A stretch of DNA of 63,831 nt, the filler included, from Octopus bimaculoides (Eukaryota): NCBI RefSeq assembly GCF_001194135.2. It is 4 parts of 4 records of this genome, joined end to end, with 100 filler letters (N's around TTAATTAATTAA, not from the genome) between each part and the next. Parts side by side here need not be neighbours in the genome. Positions count along the whole stretch, not along the records: positions 62,287 to 63,831 come from NW_026350292.1; 3 more parts are not named here. One strand, written 5' to 3'. The position numbers and the translations under genes were made by a program. Shown here piece by piece: positions 62,287-63,831 of the stretch (the stretch's first letter is position 1; every line of letters begins with the position of its first letter). A model generated the notes under the pieces. That model was given only the letters and a program-made list of their open reading frames with translations. It searched no databases and was not told the DNA's origin.

Positions 62287-63831
62287 TGTGGTAGTGTGGT
62301 AAGAAGTAATGATATGGCAGTGTAGTAAAAGTAACAACGTGGCAGTGTGATAAGAAGTGCAGATATGGCAGTATGGTAAGAAGTAATTACGAGGCCATGT
62401 GGTAAGAAGTTATGATGTAGCAGTGTCATAAGAAGTAAGGATGTGGTAGTGAGGTAAGTAGTAATAATGTGGAAGTGTGGTGAGAAGGAATGATGTAGCA
62501 GTGCAGTAAGAAGTAAAGATGTGGCAGTGTGGTAAGAAGTAAAGATGTGGCTGTGTGGTAACTAAGAATGATGTGCCAGTGTGGTAAGAAGTAATGATGT
62601 GGCAGTTTAGTAAGAAGTAATGATGTNNNNNNNNNNTGTGTAGTATGTAGTAATGATGTGGTAGTGTGGTAAGAATTCACGATGTGGTAGTGTGGTAAGA
62701 AGTGCAGATGTAGCAGTGTGGTAAGAATTGATTATGTGGCAGTTTGGTAGGAATTAAAGATGTGGGAGTATGGTAAGAGGTAATTATGTAGCCGTGTGGA
62801 ACAGAAGTAATGATGTGGTAGTGTGGTAAGAAATAATGATGTGGCAGTGTTGTAAGAGGTAATGATGTGGCAGTTGATAAGAAGCAACAATATGTAGTGT
62901 GNNNNNNNNNNNNNNTGTAGCCGTGGCAGTGTGGTAAGAAGTAATTATGTGGCAATGTCGTAAGAAGTAATGATGAGGTAGTAGGGGTTAGTAGTAATAA
63001 TGCGAAAGTGTGGTGAGAAGCAATGATGTGACAGTTTGCTAAGAATTAATGATATGGTAGTTTGGTAACAAGTAATAATGTGGGAGTGTTGTAAAAAGTA
63101 ATGATGTGGCAGTGTGGCAAGAACTATTGGTGATACAGTGTGGTAAGAATACTGGTAAGACAGTGTGGTAAGAAGTAATGATGTAACAGTATTGTAATAA
63201 GTAAAGATGTGGCAGTGTGGTAAGAAGTAATGATGTGGCAGTTTGGTAAGTAGTAATTATGTGGCAGTTTGGTGAGAATTAACGATGTGGTAGTGTGAAA
63301 AGAAGTAATGATGTGACAGTGAAGTAAGAAGTAATGGTAATATAGTGTGGTCAGAATACTGGTGTGACAGTGTGGTAAGAAGTCATTATGTGGTAATGTG
63401 ATAGTGGAGTAAGTAGTAATAATGCGGAAGTAATTATGTGGTTGTCTGGTAAGATGTAATGATGTTGCAGTGTGTTAAGAAGTAAGGATGTGGCAGTGTG
63501 GTAAGAAGTAATGATGTTGCAGTGTGGTAAGAAACAATGATGTGGCAGTGAGGCAAAAAGTAATGATGTGGTAGTGTGGTAAGAAGTGATGATGTAAGAA
63601 GTAATGATATAGCAGTGTCTTGAGAAGTATTGATGTGGCAGTGTGGTAAGTAGTAATGATGTGTCAATGTGATAAGTAGTATTGATGTACCAGTGTGGTA
63701 AGAAGTACAGATCTAGTAGTGTGGTAAGAAGTAATTACATAGCAATGTGCTAAGAAGTAATGATGTGGCAGTGTGGTAAGAAGTAATCATGTGAGAATGT
63801 GGTAAGAAGTAATGATGTAGCAGTGTGGTAA
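62287..63831. repeat. 26-bp minisatellite, consensus GTGTGGTAAGAAGTAATGATGTGGCA, about 55-60 degenerate units, running off the window end
   Basis: Direct inspection; adjacent units are contiguous with no unique spacers. Confidence 0.95.

Noticed and set aside
62287-63831. CRISPR-like periodic array or His/Thr-rich protein
   Set aside because: Units are contiguous without unique spacers, there are no cas genes, the context is eukaryotic, and frames are broken by stops.

Overview
AT-rich, microsatellite-dense, gap-containing animal genomic DNA. Its SINE/LINE content looks like a coleoid cephalopod (Octopus-like); this is an inference from repeat families, not a database match. There are no prokaryotic features, rRNA or CRISPR arrays, and almost all listed ORFs are microsatellite, N-gap or transposon artefacts. 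One real plus-strand spliced gene can be assembled by hand from five phase-compatible GT-AG exons (32669-32853, 36618-36713, 42263-42377, 45675-45839, 46863-47090; 262 codons, open at both ends). It ends in a PAN/apple domain, and two further upstream exons are plausible (24389-24475, 31436-31473). The rest is decayed mobile DNA: RTE, L1/Tx1, CR1, R4/Dong-type RLE, Ty3/Gypsy, Penelope GIY-YIG, mariner, hAT and Tigger MITEs, several tRNA-derived SINEs and a probable solo LTR. There is also a 2.3-kb CpG-rich AACG/TACG satellite and a 26-bp minisatellite. The most unusual signals are (i) a ~290-bp unit carrying an internal tRNA-Thr(CGT)-like cassette, found in three dispersed copies with direct, inverted-tail and fold-back ends; (ii) a core-inactivated minimal hammerhead ribozyme in an intron; (iii) a pre-miRNA-like hairpin; and (iv) several large fold-backs.
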